From: Raja brachyura
Lineage: Eukaryota
Direction: 5' to 3'
NCBI GenBank assembly: GCA_963514005.1
Contig: OY740794.1
Span: 50,654,001 to 50,718,000 of the forward strand
Length of the DNA stretch: 64,000 nucleotides
Of this stretch, positions 27,231 through 40,535 are shown piece after piece. The notes below the pieces were generated by a model. That model searched no databases and was not told where the DNA came from. It worked only from the letters and a program-made list of their open reading frames with translations. The position numbers and the translations under genes are program-made. The first letter of the stretch is position 1. Each line of letters begins with the position of its first letter.

Positions 27231-29278
27231 GTATTCAATTAGATCCTCGTATTCAATTAGATCCTCGTATTCATGGTTCCGACACGAGACTACAAATAAA
27301 ATATCTTTATACGCGGATGATATCCTCCTGTACATAACGGAACCTCAAACCACTATTCCAGCGATACTGGAAAAAATTTACCCGTTTGGTACTTTTTCAG
27401 GCTACAGTATTAACTGGAATAAAAGTATACTGTTGCCAGTTCATACCATACCCTCAGATACATTGGATAATTTTCCTTTCAGAGTAACAACAGATACATT
27501 TACCTATCTAGGGATTGAGGTTACAAAGCGTTACTCTTCCCTTCAACAGGCTAATTTCCTTCCCTTATTAGAAAACCTAAAATGCAAAATCCAATTCTGG
27601 AAAACTCTGCCAATTTCCTTGTGAAGAGTGAATACCGTTAAAATGATTTTTTTTACCCCAGCTATTATATCTAATTCAGAACATTCCTATTTCTCTTACA
27701 AAAACATTTTTTATGAGATTAGATTCGATAATAATACCTTTCTTTTTTAATTACAAAACTCATAGGATAAACAAAAATCAGCTCTACAAATCAAAAACTA
27801 AGGGCGGGCTTGTTCTTCCAAATTTCAGATTATATTACTGGGCCTCTGCCATCAAGTCCTTTGCCTTCTGGCTTGACACCTCAAACATCCCTCTGAATTG
27901 GCTAAAAATAGAACAAGAGGATTGTCACCCATACTCAATAGGTACCATCCTCCTAGCTCCTACTTCAATTGATAAATCATATTATGGAGTTAATCCTGTT
28001 ATACACAATTTGATACATATATAGAAGCAAATCAGAACCCATTTTGAACTTAATACTATATTTCTCGTTTTGCCCATAGCAAACAATCCCACATTCAAAC
28101 CATCTATTTTAGATAAGACTTTCTCAACATCGAGTGAATTAAGAATCCAGTGTCAGAGACCTATATTTCGATGATACGCTTGCCACCTTTACACAGCTAC
28201 AAAATAATTTTGAACTCCCAAATAGTAACTTCTTCAGATACTTGCAAATCAGGGATTATATACGAAAGCATCTGTCGGGATTTGAAGTTGAGAGGCAGTC
28301 TCAAATAGATGACTGCATTAAAACATCACCATATAAAGACAAATTAATCTCCAATATGTACGATGTCCTTCGATCAATAACCTCTCCATCCTCTAGCAAG
28401 TATAAGATCAATTGGGGGAAAAAGACATAAATGTGCAAATACCAGATGATATATGGGAGGAAAGCCTCAAACTTATACATAGGTGCTCAAGCAATGCTAG
28501 ACACTGCCTCATACAGTTCAGAATTATACAGTATATATCCAAATGTTTCTCCTACTTGTGATAAATGTCACTCCTCAGATGCTATTATTTTTCATAACTT
28601 TGTATCTCAGACATTCTAGATATCCCATTAAACCCAGAGCCCTTATTAATCATCTTTGGGGTATCTGAAACATCAAGACAACTCACAACTGCTCAACGAC
28701 AACTCCTCTCCTACTCTCTCATTACGGCAAAGAAACTACTGCTCATGTCATGGAAAGAAACAACAGCTCCCAATTCCAGAATGTGGCTTCATGACCTGAC
28801 CAGTACATTACATTTAGAAGGAATAAGATATTTTTTAAAGGATAGAGTCAATCAATTTAATAAAATCTGGAAACCATTTATGTCATTTCTTGCACAGAAT
28901 ATTGACACATAACACAAACCTATCTACACTCTAAACCATCAATTTTAATGAAATTATAAGGGATAGAAGACAAGAGAGTTAGAAGCTTTAGATACAAGAG
29001 TCTTCACAAATAATTAATGCACTAAACTGCTCCCTATGTACTGTAATCGCCTTCTGCACTTTACTTATGTATTTATTTAATTTTATTTACCTTTCCCCAC
29101 CCATTATCTACTTATGTTTTTTTTTTATGTTGTTTTTATAAACATGACTGTTCATATTGTTTGTATAATACTCAAATGTTCTGTTTTAATATGTACATTT
29201 GGGAATAATGAGCTTGCATATGGCAACATAATCTGTACCCATTTTTTGATGGCTCAATAAAATTTATATTAAAAAAAA
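27231..29278 (+). mobile_element. 5'-truncated L1/Tx1-clade LINE (ORF2 RT to C-terminus, 3'UTR, polyA)
   Basis: Motifs ISLYADDILLY, FGTFSGYSINWNKS, FTYLGI, GGLVLPNF and CDKC. AATAAA and an A-tail at ~29255-29278; several stops. Confidence 0.9.
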
Positions 29279-31616
29279 CGTGCGTGGTTGTGCGTCTTGT
29301 TGCTTTGTATGGCTGTATGGTAATTTGCATATCACTGTACCTTAACCGGTACGTGATAATAAAAGACCTTTGAAACCTTTGACCCAAAATGACACGTATC
29401 CGTTTTCTACATGGATGCTGATTGACCCGCTGAGTTACACCACCATCTTGCACCTAACTTTGGTAGTATTTCCCTTTTAATGCACGTCTAAGGGTGTTTA
29501 CAGTTTGTTTCTTATCAGTTTACTCTCATTTATGATCATGTCCTTCTTCCACACATTCCTGGTGCCAAATTCTAAATTGCTCGCTCAGACCCACTTCGGT
29601 TTCTGACAACTTTATAAAAGCTCCATTAATTTCACTCTAATTTTTCCTGTCAGCCAGAACCACTTTTCCTGTTGAGATTTTTAAGTCTTCAAAGAATGTT
29701 TGTTTCCCAACTAACCCATCACCCATTCCTTATCTCCAGAGATGTTGCCTGCCCCGCTGAGTTACTCCAGCATTTTGTGTCTATTTTACCTAGACATGGA
29801 GATCATGTTGCTCCGCAACAATGCTGAGAGGAGTGATTGTTTGTACCTCTCATCTCAAACATCATCAATTGCCTCAAATAAGGATTTCAATTTGATATAT
29901 TTTGAGAATTAATGTTTTTTTAGTAATAAAGGTTGTTAAAATATTGTTAAAGTTACAACGACCCAATTCACATGACTAACTGTTGTTGGTTTGAATAGTA
30001 CTCTCCAGCTTTGAATTAGGAGTAATAAACAAAGAATGACTAAAGTCCAATGCCAACGAGATAAGGCAGAGGCAAAAAAAGTTTTGATCTCACATCACTT
30101 TATTTTAATAAAGGGATATAATGTTCAAAAAGGGAAAATGTTTATGGAGTATAAAAGGAGTTGAAAATTAAGAGTGAAGTTAAAAAAAAAAAACAGAAAA
30201 GGAGCACATTCAGGGACATAATACACATATTTGACCACAACTAAATATGGGCTGAAACAAATAGTGAGTTTAGCCTACAACGCAACACATTAAGGCATCA
30301 AATTTAGAATAAAAAACACCAATATAAAATGTGGATAATTTTGCTATTCACTTCATCATAGTTATTCAATAAATAGTATTGTTACAGTAGTTCATGATAG
30401 ATAGTAATTGAACTCAACAGTAAAAATATTCATAATCTAAGTAATTTTGTCGCACTAATAATCATTGACACTAATCAACTTCTGCAATTCAACTATTATT
30501 TACCGGAGACATGAAGACAATTTTGATGATTTGTACAGACATGTTATTAATTTTCTCTCAAAATATCTTTCATGCCTTCTGTGAATTCATTCACTGATTT
30601 ACACTTCTGATGGTTAAATTCCAATTCAAATTTGTTTTTAAGATACCCATTGATTGCTCACCAATTTATTTGCTGCACTCTCTTCTGCTCTCATTCTAGC
30701 AACTTTGTTGATTATCAGTTGAATGATGATTAATGGTTGCTGATGAAAGTCTAGCTATTCTTAAAAATCAAAAATTAAAATTCAAAAAGGTTTGAACAAA
30801 AATCAAATCTATAAAATAATATGCAATGGGTGAAACAAAAAGGTCATTCTATATCCCAGCATAACTTGAAACAAAATGTCTGGAGAAAAGGAATAAGTCT
30901 TTGCACAACTGCAAAGGACGCTAAGATATTGGGGGCTCTGAATACAACTACAAATTTTAATGCATCCCAAACGTCCTTCAAACGATTGTAATCCTCGACA
31001 GTGCACAAACAGCATGTTAAGTAAAATGAATTATAAGCACAAATTCAATTTAAAGCCAATGACGCAGTAATCATTACAAACCAAACATAAGTGGAAGCTA
31101 AATAAGTGAGTTTGGGAGGGAAGTGACGATTTTGCAAAAACAAGTTTTGCGCCTATTCAATACAGCTCTTTCAACACTTACAAACAAATGATAAAACAGC
31201 TTAAGTACTGAAACAATACAACATGCATCATCAAAAGAGAAGAGAGTCTTAAATGCATTGGCCTAAATTAAGATTCAAAATTAAAAAGCTCCTTATCATT
31301 CAAAGGATTGGAGAAATCTGGAAAACAACCCCAACGTCCTGTATGGTAAATGAACAATCGAAATTTAGGGAAAATCTATGGACTACGAATAAGATATCAA
31401 AGGCAGATAAGTAATAGGTCTTCATCTCTATTTAGTTCATCCAAAAGAATATTTGATGCTTGAGGAACAATTGGCCTTCCCATTTGCAATTTCCTGAAGC
31501 CTTTCAACAAGTTCAATCGAAGTAGTTACCGGTAATAAAGTTATTTCTCAAACCTCACCCCTTCCAATATTATTCACAAGGCATTAACTCACACTGTAAT
31601 TGTGCAATTTTATAGG

Positions 31617-31931
31617 CACTCTGGAATTTAGAAGGATGAGAAGCGATCTTATTGAAACATAAGATTGAGGGTTTGATATGCTAGATGCTGGAAACATGTT
31701 CCAGATGTTGGGAGAGTCCAGAAACAGGGGTCACAGTTTAAGGGGTAAGCCATTAGAATGATTTTTTCCCCCCACAGTTGTGAATCTGTGGAATTCCCTG
31801 CCTCAGTGGAAGGCAGTGGAGGCCAATTCTCTGTATGATTTCAAGAGATAGTTGGATAGAGCTCTTAAAGATAGCAGTCAGGGGATATGGGGAAAAGGCA
31901 GGAACGGTCTACTCCTGCACCTATTGTCTAT
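31617..31931 (+). mobile_element. CR1 3' fragment
   Basis: Degraded ctggaatttagaaggatgag...gtgaatctgtggaattc; ends ctcctgcacctattgtcta. Confidence 0.8.
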
Positions 31932-31934
31932 CAG

Positions 31935-32940
31935 AAACACTCTTCATGAGTCAGGTGTGGATTTGTGAATGACCACTGTGTGCAGAAGACTCAGTGAACA
32001 GAAATACAGAGGCTACACTGCGAGATGCAAACCACTGGTTAGCTGCAAAAATAGGATGGCCAGGTTACAGTTTGCCCAGAAGTACTTTAAAGAGCACCCA
32101 CATTTCTGGAAAAAGGTCTTGTGGACAGATGAGACGAAGATTAACTTATATCAGAGTGATGGCAAGAGCAACGTATGGAGGAGAGAAGGAACTGCCCAAG
32201 ATCCAAAGCATACCACCTCCTCTGTGAAACATGGTGGTGGGAGTGTTATGGCCTGGGCATGTATGGCTGCTGAAGGTACTGGCTCATTTATTTTCAGTGA
32301 TAATACAACTGCTGATGGTCGTAGCATAATGAATTCTGAAGTGTCTGCTCAAGTTCAAAAAAATGCCACAACTCATTGGCCGGCAGTTCATTCTACAGCA
32401 AGACAATGATCCCAAACATACTGCTAAGCAACAAAGGAGTTTTTCAAAGCTAAAAAATGGTCAATTCTTGAGTGGCCAAGTCAATTACCCGATCTGAACC
32501 CAATTGAGCATGCCTTTTAAATGCTGAAGAGAAAACTGAAGGGGATTAGCTCCAAAAACAAGCATAAGCTAAAGATGGCTGCAATACTGGCCTGGCAGAG
32601 CATCACCGGAGAAGGCGCCCAGCAACTGGTAATGTCCATGAATTGCAGACTTCAAGCAGTCATTGCATGCAAAGGACATGCAACAAAATACTAAACATGA
32701 CCGTCATTTCCATGACATTGCTGTGTCCCAAACATTATGGTGCCCTGAAATGGGGGGACTATGCATAAACACTGCTGTAATTTCTACATGGTGAAACCAA
32801 AATGTATAAATATGGCCTTTATTAAAATCTGACAATGTGCACTTTAACCACTTGTGATTTTTTGTATTACAAATCTCAAATTGTGTTGAGGCAAATAAAT
32901 AAATGATGCGTCTTTGTCCCAAAACTTATGGAGGGCACTG
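31935..32940 (+). mobile_element. 5'-truncated Tc1 (IR/DR type) transposon with decayed transposase
   Basis: Motifs VLWTDETK, KHGGGSVM.W, QQDNDPKH and [12 protein letters not shown]. The right TIR ends GGAGGGCACTG followed by TA, with an inner direct repeat near 32725. Confidence 0.9.
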
Positions 32941-33312
32941 TACTTTCACTCAATCTTTGCTTGTTACACTAATAAGATTCACATCATTCAAAGCTCTGTA
33001 CTTCTACAGCAAATATCCAACAAACTGCTGGTCTAACCTCTGCAGTTAATATTCTGCTCTCAAAGATAGTCTTCAGAATTCTCTAAAATTGGAAGTTATC
33101 AGTGGCGACTTTGCATCATCAGAGGTCAACAAAGAACATTCATCAGCTTTCAAAGTTACACCAAAGAACAAGTGTTCCAAGCTGGCAATGTTGTTGGACC
33201 CACTGCTTGCGAGGAAATGTTGCTTTGAGCAAGTCTGAAGGAAAATGGAGCTTGCACAGGTAAAAAAAACGTCATCTTTGAGTCCTACATTCAATCCAAT
33301 AAACGTTTCTAA

Positions 33313-34067
33313 TGGGCCTGTACCACAGGCGATTTTTCAGCGGTCTGTGTGAAGTTGCTCCCAGTCGCCTGAAACCACCCGCACACTCTGAAGAAGGGTC
33401 TCGACCCAAAACGTTACCTACTTCCTTTGCTCCATAGATGCTGCCTCACCTGCTGAGTTTCTCCAGTATTTTTACACACACAGTCCTTCACCAACCCATT
33501 ATGCAGGCAGGGGACAGGGCAAGCGGGAGGAGCGCTGTCCAAAAAAATAATATATATATTTAAAAGCACACGATGTACAGCCAAGGTGAAACAGACACAC
33601 ACCAGAATGAACAGAAAGGTGGGCATTGTAAAAAGACAGCTAAAGCACAGGGGGGGGGGGGGGGGGGGGGGGGGCAACTTTTAAGAAACCAGAAGCTCGG
33701 CAGACATTTAACATTACTGGTCGGTTATCCTTGGTTCTGAAAACTACTGCTTACTTTTTTCTTCCTCCCCAATGAGCCAATGAAATTTACCGGTCAGCAC
33801 CGGCTACAGCCTATGAGAACCTCAGAGAACCTCCGACCTCCTGGAAACCCATTAGGACCTCCTGGCGACCCACCTACGGCTCGAGAATTTTCGCTACTCT
33901 CCATGGTGGCTTCATTCTAGTCGCCGCTAATTTTTCAACATATTGAAAAATTAATGGTGACCATAATGAGGCCGCGACTAGTTCCCAGAATGCGGGAACT
34001 CCTCAAGCCATTAAGACGACTCCCGGTAACCACCCGCGAACATGTGGCGACTGCATAGTCTCCTGCA
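33313..34067. mobile_element. Harbinger-type MITE relative, interrupted by a hammerhead-core repeat
   Basis: Starts TGGGCCTGTACCAC; internal tttttcaacatattgaaaaa palindrome. The right end is unclear. Confidence 0.55.
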
Positions 34068-34308
34068 CCAGACATCCATCTATTATAAATATCAGTGTTT
34101 GTGCAGTACTCCCAAACACCCTGCTTCTAGCAGATATCCTGTCAATACAAACAGCTGGGATACAATTTTATTTACCAGTTTTGCCAAAAAGACTCCAGAT
34201 GCTACTATAAGGTGGTGACAACACTCTCATTATTCCCAACTAACTATTTTTGACAAAATGTATTAGAGTTGAATCCCAACCAACATCTTGCAACTGCAAG
34301 TTCTGTAT

Positions 34309-34357
34309 TGAAAACCAATAAGCTTTATGGCAATGAAAACCAATAAGCTTTATGGCA
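34309..34357. repeat. 25-bp tandem duplication
   Basis: tgaaaaccaataagctttatggca(a) x2. Confidence 0.9.
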
Positions 34358-37300
34358 GGGTCACCTTACTACTCTGATGCCAAATGACTGGGGGATCGTT
34401 TTAAATAGAAACAATCTGGAAGTGTGTCAATAAGCAGAGCTGAAAAGAAAAATTCCATTGAGGTTTTACATTGACGGAGCCCAAACAAGTTTATATTTCC
34501 AATGTAGACATTAAATAACCTGGGAAAATTACGACCAATATGCAAGCTCATTATCCTTATTAAACAGAGCATTTTACAGTGATATTTGAATGAATGGCAA
34601 CAAATACTGTAATATTACAAACAATAATCAGTCTAGTCATAAACAAAATGCTATTTTTCTTCATCACCAATTTTACACATGTTGTAAAATGCTGTAGACT
34701 AATTGTACCAAGTAAAACAAGTTTAAAAAAAACATTTTTGGGATGAGGCGTCATTAGCAGGGCCAATATTTATTGCCCATCTCCTAACATACTGAAGACA
34801 ATGGTGGTGACTCTCTCTACATCCACAATACTGCAAGGAGATGCAGGATTCATATCTAGGTATGAAGAAGGAATGACAAAAGATTTCCAGAAGATTATTG
34901 CTCCGCTTTCCCCTCAAACTTGCTTAAAGTAAAACAATTTTGTTAGTTGTTCTGTACTCTTTTCCAAGTTTTATCATTTGAGGGTTTACTTCTGATACAA
35001 CTGGAGGGCAACCAGCTCATCAAGTCCACGTCAGCTTCGAGAAGGGCAATCCCACCAATCCCATTCCCCTTTCCTTATCTCCCTCAACATATTCTCTCCC
35101 ATCTGTTTATTAATGCCTTTGGTTCTTTTGCTCCACGTCTACACAAAGGTAATTTACAGTAACCAAGAATCTCTGGGATATGGAAGAAAACCAGAACCAG
35201 TGGCAGCAACACATTGTCACATGCAAACGCCATATTGATGCACTGAGCTCAGGAATGAACTTATGTCCCTGGAGCTATAAGGTATTAGCACCAAAAGATG
35301 TGCCACCAAGCCAACAAAACATTAGTATCTATCCAACTCTGTATAAAATTGCCCAGCTAAGTCCTATCTAGAAAGCCTGGGATAACTCCAATCTAACCAC
35401 TGTGTGATGGGGTGGATGGCATTTACAGTGCTACTGAAGCAGGAGTTATGAATAACCTGCTCATTAATGAATAACAATGCCCATTTTGCATTTGATCAGA
35501 AGCCCTGACACTAAACAGCCTTGGAGAATATAAATGCCAACGTAGGCCAAATAATTGGATTTAAGGGTAGAGCAACTGATCTGGTGCCAGGACATGAACA
35601 GAGCATTTGATGGAACATGGTAATCTTAGCAGTGTTTGACCAAAGGGAGGACCCAGATGGGAGAGGTCACATGTGCCTACTGCGTGGTTCTTCCTTACTC
35701 ACAGCGGTTGTGGAGTATTTTTGGAATAAGAGGCAAGAATTACAGTGCACTTTGTAGATAGCATTCATAGCAGTGGAGGGAATTAATTTGTAGGGTAATG
35801 AAAGAAGGACCCAATAAGCTGCTTGATTGTCTTGGATGGTGGCATTCAAGCTTGGAGTGCAGTTGAACATACACTCATCCAGTGGACAGCATTTCACCAC
35901 TCTTGAACTGTAGTGTTGAAAACATTTTAGAGTGTTAGGACAATCTCTTGACCCTGGATATCCCAACCCTCAAGCCGATCTTGTCACAGCTGCATTTATC
36001 TGGCTGGTTTATTCAAATTAGTGGACAACATTAACCTCAGGGTCAGATGGGGAATTCTGCAGTGGCATGGTCACTGAATTAATCAAGGGCAACTATTGGA
36101 GATGGCCATTACCAGGTACTTGTGCGGCATAACCATTACTTGCCAATAGCAGCTCATGTCTGGATGCAGTCTGCATTCATACATGGGCTGTTGTATTTCC
36201 TAAGGGATATGAATGCAAGCAAACAATTCACAACCATGGGCTAACATTGCCCTTTTTTGTCCTTGTAATGCAAGGTCACTGTTTGAAGCAGCTGAAGTTG
36301 GGTTTAGGACACTGCCCAGAGGAATTCCTGTAGTAATATCCTCAGGTTAGGATGATTAATCTCTAATAACCACAATCACCCCCTTTAGTGTTAACTATGT
36401 CCAACTACTGGACCACATTTCCACCTTGCCTGCTGACTTCTGTTCTACCACACAGTGTCAAATATTACCTTGATGTCCATGTCTATCATTCGCACCTCGT
36501 CTTGAATTTAGGTCCTTGATCCATATTTGCACCAAGACCGATTGGCCTGGGTAAAGCTCAACCTGGGTATTTATCTAGTTATTCACAAATGCCACTTGAT
36601 CTGTGTCAATTACAGCTTCCACCACTTGGTGATGAGTGTAAATTAATTGGGAAGCAATTAGCTGGCTTGAATCTGTCCCAGGACAGGGCATAACTATGAA
36701 CATTTTGTAATTGTTGGATTGACATTACTGTTGTATCTGTCCTGGAGCAGCATTTCTACAGAATTGACTCATTTTGAAGCAGAAATCTTCATTTCTGCAG
36801 ATAATGACATTCCACATGACCAGTGTGCTAAAGTATGGTTTGGGGCACTTACATTTAGTTTAGTGGTACAGTATGGAAATAGGCCCTTCGGCCCACAGAG
36901 TCCACGCCAACCATCGATCACCCGTTCGCACACTTTTTACATTGAATTCCACTTTCACATCCACTCCCTGCCCACTGGGGGGGGGGGGGGGGGGAATTTA
37001 AAGGGGCCAATAAATCTACAAACCCACACGTCTTTGGGATGCGGAGGGAAATTGGAGCACCAGGAGGAAACTCACGCAGTGACAGGAAGAACATGCAAAC
37101 TACAAAGCCAGCACATGGGGGTCAGGATCAAACCGGGGTCTCTGGCACTCTGAGGCGCCTTTAGTAAGGACAAATAAAATATTGTCCATTGAACTTTGTG
37201 TCAAACATGATAGACAAAGGATCAACAACATTATCAGTAAAGGAACCATGTGATAGCTATTAAAATAATTTGCAGCAAAATCTCATGTAATATTCAGGGT

Positions 37301-37514
37301 GCTCAGAATTTTAAAATAACTTTTCTTTTCGCAGTCATAACCTTTGGGGTGCAAGGTCAGTGGCTGTTGTATATTACATAAATTACAAATCTTACACAGT
37401 TACAAATGTTTATCTTCCTTCCCTGTCCAATAATGTCCCTCAGTGCACAAGTATTTAATCTTATTACCAACTCGCCTTAACCCACAAACTTTAATCCCCT
37501 CCACTCATTATGAT

Positions 37515-37890
37515 AGTATGAGACCACACCTGGAGTATTGTGTGCAGTTTTGGTCTTCAAATTTGTAGAAGGACATTCTTGCTTTTGAGGGAGTGCCACA
37601 TAGGTTCACCAGGTTAATTCCCAGGATAGCGGGACTGACATATGATGAAAGAACAGGTCGACTGGAATTCACTGGAATTTAGGAGGATGAGCGTGGATCT
37701 TATAAAAACATAAAATTCTTAAGGGATTGGACAAGCTAGATGCAGGAAAAAAATTCCTGATGTTGGGAGAGTCCATAATCAGGGCTGACAATTTAAGAAT
37801 AAGGGGTAGGCCAATTCGGACTGAGATGACGAAACACGTTTTCACCCAGAGAGTTGTGAATCTGTGGAATTCTCTGCCACAGAAGGCAAC
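37515..37890 (+). mobile_element. CR1 fragment
   Basis: RPHLEYCVQFWS-like and VVNLWNSLP-like degraded sequence. Confidence 0.8.
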
Positions 37891-38454
37891 TTTTAGCACC
37901 ATTTAGGTTTTGTTGCACCAGATCCATACAGTCACCCTCACTCCAGTATTGTGTATCAGTCCCTCTTGTGTTTTTATTCACTACTCCAGCATCTAGAGTT
38001 TCAGGTCTCTCCATTCCTCTACCAATAGGTAAGAATACAGCAAAAAACAAATCTGCTGGAGGAACTCACTGGTTGAGCAGCATCTTTGGGGAGAGTGGGA
38101 TGAAGAAAATGTCAATATTTCTGGTGGAAACCTTGAATGAGGACAAGAGTGAAGAGGGGTTACCCAGTATAAAGTGGAAAGTGGTAAGACAAGGGCAAAA
38201 GTCTCAGATACAGGAGCTACAATTTAGCTTGATTTTCTGCGAATGAAACTACAGCAGAGCTGAGAATAAACTGCTCATATCATTTTCTGGGTCAAGCAAA
38301 CTATTCTAACCATTTGCATTAAATATTGATGGAAGCAACAGGATATCTGCAAGAATATCAATCACACTCGCAGAGTAAGTTGCAGTTTATGGATTTCAAG
38401 CTTTTAAGCTTCCCTCCCTTGATTATGTTTTTTAGTATTTAGCTATTCTTGAAC

Positions 38455-39215
38455 CAAAAAGACTGCTGGAGAAGCTCAGCAGGTCCGGCAGCAACTGTGG
38501 ATGGAAATCAACGTACAATGTTTCAGTCAGGATCGAAGTAAGACACAAAATGCTGGAGTAACTCAGCGGGACAGGCAGCATCTCTGGTGAGAAGGAATGG
38601 GTGACATTTCGGGTCGAGACCCTTCTTCAGACTGTTACAAGAAGGGGCTCGACCCAAAATATCACCTATTCCTTTCCTCTAGAGATGATGCCTGACCCAT
38701 TGAGGTACTCAATCATTCGGCATCCATCTTTTGGTGTTAACCAGCACCTGCAGTTCCTTCCTACTCATGGGTTGAAATGTGTAGGAAGGAACTGAAGATG
38801 CTGGTTTAAACCAAAGATACACTGTCACAAAAAGGGTCTTGACCTGAAACGTCACCCATTCCTTCTCTCCAGAGATACTGCCTGACCCACAGAGTTACTC
38901 CAGCTTTTTGTGTCTATCTTGGGTTGAAATGTCTGAAACGTTGCCCTGAAATGTTGTCCGTCCACTTCACTCCACCGATGTGGTCTGACCCACTCTGAGT
39001 TATCCAGCACTTTGTTGTCTGGTTATGGTTCCAGCATGTGTAATGTCTTGTGTGGAGACCCTGAACTTTTACACCAAAGATTTTCAAGGGATGAAAAGCA
39101 TAAGATAAACAACATGACCATCACAGAAGATAAGACACAAAAAGCTGGAGCAACTCAGCAGGGCAGGCAGCATATCTGGCGGGAGGTAATGGGATCGAGA
39201 CCCTTCTTGACATGT
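38455..39215. repeat. Cluster of inverted hammerhead-core / gacacaaaatgctggagtaactcagc repeats
   Basis: Several nested, oppositely oriented copies of the same ~100-bp unit. Confidence 0.75.
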
Positions 39216-39279
39216 GTGGGGTTAAATTAATGTTTATCTTTGTTAAATTACTGCTTGGCTCTGCCTGTGCTGAAGGACT

Positions 39280-40145
39280 GGCCGCCTGTTGGTCTGCAGC
39301 TCACCGCCGCGCCGTGGTCCCGCTGGAGGCGGCGGCTGAGTGAGTGCAGGTCGGCCGGGGAGAGTCAGGCAAGCCCGAGGATCGGCCGCGGCCTCCTGCC
39401 CGCGGGGCTGTGGAGGACAACGTCCCTGACGTAGAAACAGACAGACGGAGCCACGACCGGACAAAACAACCTACCCGCCAGCAAACAGATGTATCAAGGG
39501 CTCCCTCTGGTTCATGGTGAATCATTATTGTCCTGAGCCAGCGGGGACGCCGCCTTCTGTCTGCCGGGGCCGCGCAGCCGCCGCCTCCCGGCCCGGGACG
39601 CCGCCGCCGCCTCCTCTCTGCTCGGGTCGACGATAACGGTGGTGCCGCTGCTCGAGCCGCCGCCGCCGCCGCCTACTCCCGGCCCGGGTCCACGCTCACG
39701 GTGCTGCTCGCGCCGCCGCCGCCTACTCCCGGCCCGGGACGCTGCTCGCGCCGCCGCCGCCGCCGCTGCCACACACACTCACTCACTCACTCCGGGCCCG
39801 GGACGCTGCTGCTGCTGCCGCCACCACCAGTGACCGGGACAAGAGCAGCTGCACTGAATGATCGCGCGGGCGGGCGCTCGCTCGCTCCGCCGCCGCGATC
39901 AATTACTATGAATCTTCCCGCACAAGAGGGGAGGATGCCTGTCCTTTGCTTTTTAATATTTCCTCTGCCCCGACCGCCAGCGACAACACCAACACGACCC
40001 CACCTCTCTCCCTTTCGCCCAATCGCGCTGGGTGCATTCGCTTTGCTCGAATGCAGTGCAGTCACGCTGCTTCTCACGGCGCAATGTTGAAATTTTACAA
40101 TTGCTCATGCCTGCAACGCGTGGGGAGACTACAATATCGCGAGGA
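39280..40145 (-). promoter_or_regulatory. CpG island / promoter and GC-rich 5'UTR of SLC25A36
   Basis: Abrupt GC- and CpG-rich block in an AT-rich background, spanning exon 1, with (GCC)n tracts. The exact TSS cannot be determined from sequence. Confidence 0.85.
39475..39515 (-). CDS. SLC25A36: SLC25A36 coding exon 1 (MNQREPLIHLFAGG)
   Basis: ATG at 39515-39513 in accATGa context; 41 nt, then donor GG|GTAGGT. The peptide matches the SLC25A36 N-terminus type (MSQRDTLVHLFAGG). Lies in a CpG island. Confidence 0.93.
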
Positions 40146-40471
40146 ATGTAACAGCAGAAACACTACACTGCCGATTTCTAAAAGGTCAGGTTGATCGCTG
40201 TATTTACCGAAGAGACTAGAGCCTTCTATGATCTTTGGTATTTACTCTCCAGTACTCGAGAGTTGCCAATCTGCGAGGGCAGGATATGTGTAGGTGCACG
40301 GGAAGGAATTAGACCATTCAACAGCTCGAGTCTGTTGAAAATGCCTGAAATGTATTTAACAGACTTACATCATGAAGCTAAATAAACCTACCCATCAAAA
40401 ACACCATGATGAGGATTTAAATTGGACTGAGAAAGAAGCAATGACAAATACAGACAATGAGTAAAATACCT

Positions 40472-40474
<3 letters not shown>

Positions 40475-40512
<38 letters not shown>

Positions 40513-40535
40513 GAGCTATATTATATATATATAAT
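40475..40535. repeat. (TA)n microsatellite
   Basis: Seen directly. Confidence 0.95.

Larger units (their letters stand above)
26232..29378 (+). mobile_element. Unclassified non-coding retroposon hosting the RTE element and the L1
   Basis: Segments 26232-27220 and 29280-29378 match, in reverse, a second copy at ~44745-45445 (ccttccatcacagtga.gaatgtgga block); short tandem tail. Confidence 0.6.

Noticed and set aside
29509-29522. 14-nt match to U2 (TTCTTATCAGTTTA)
   Set aside because: Short, AT-rich and does not extend; compatible with chance.
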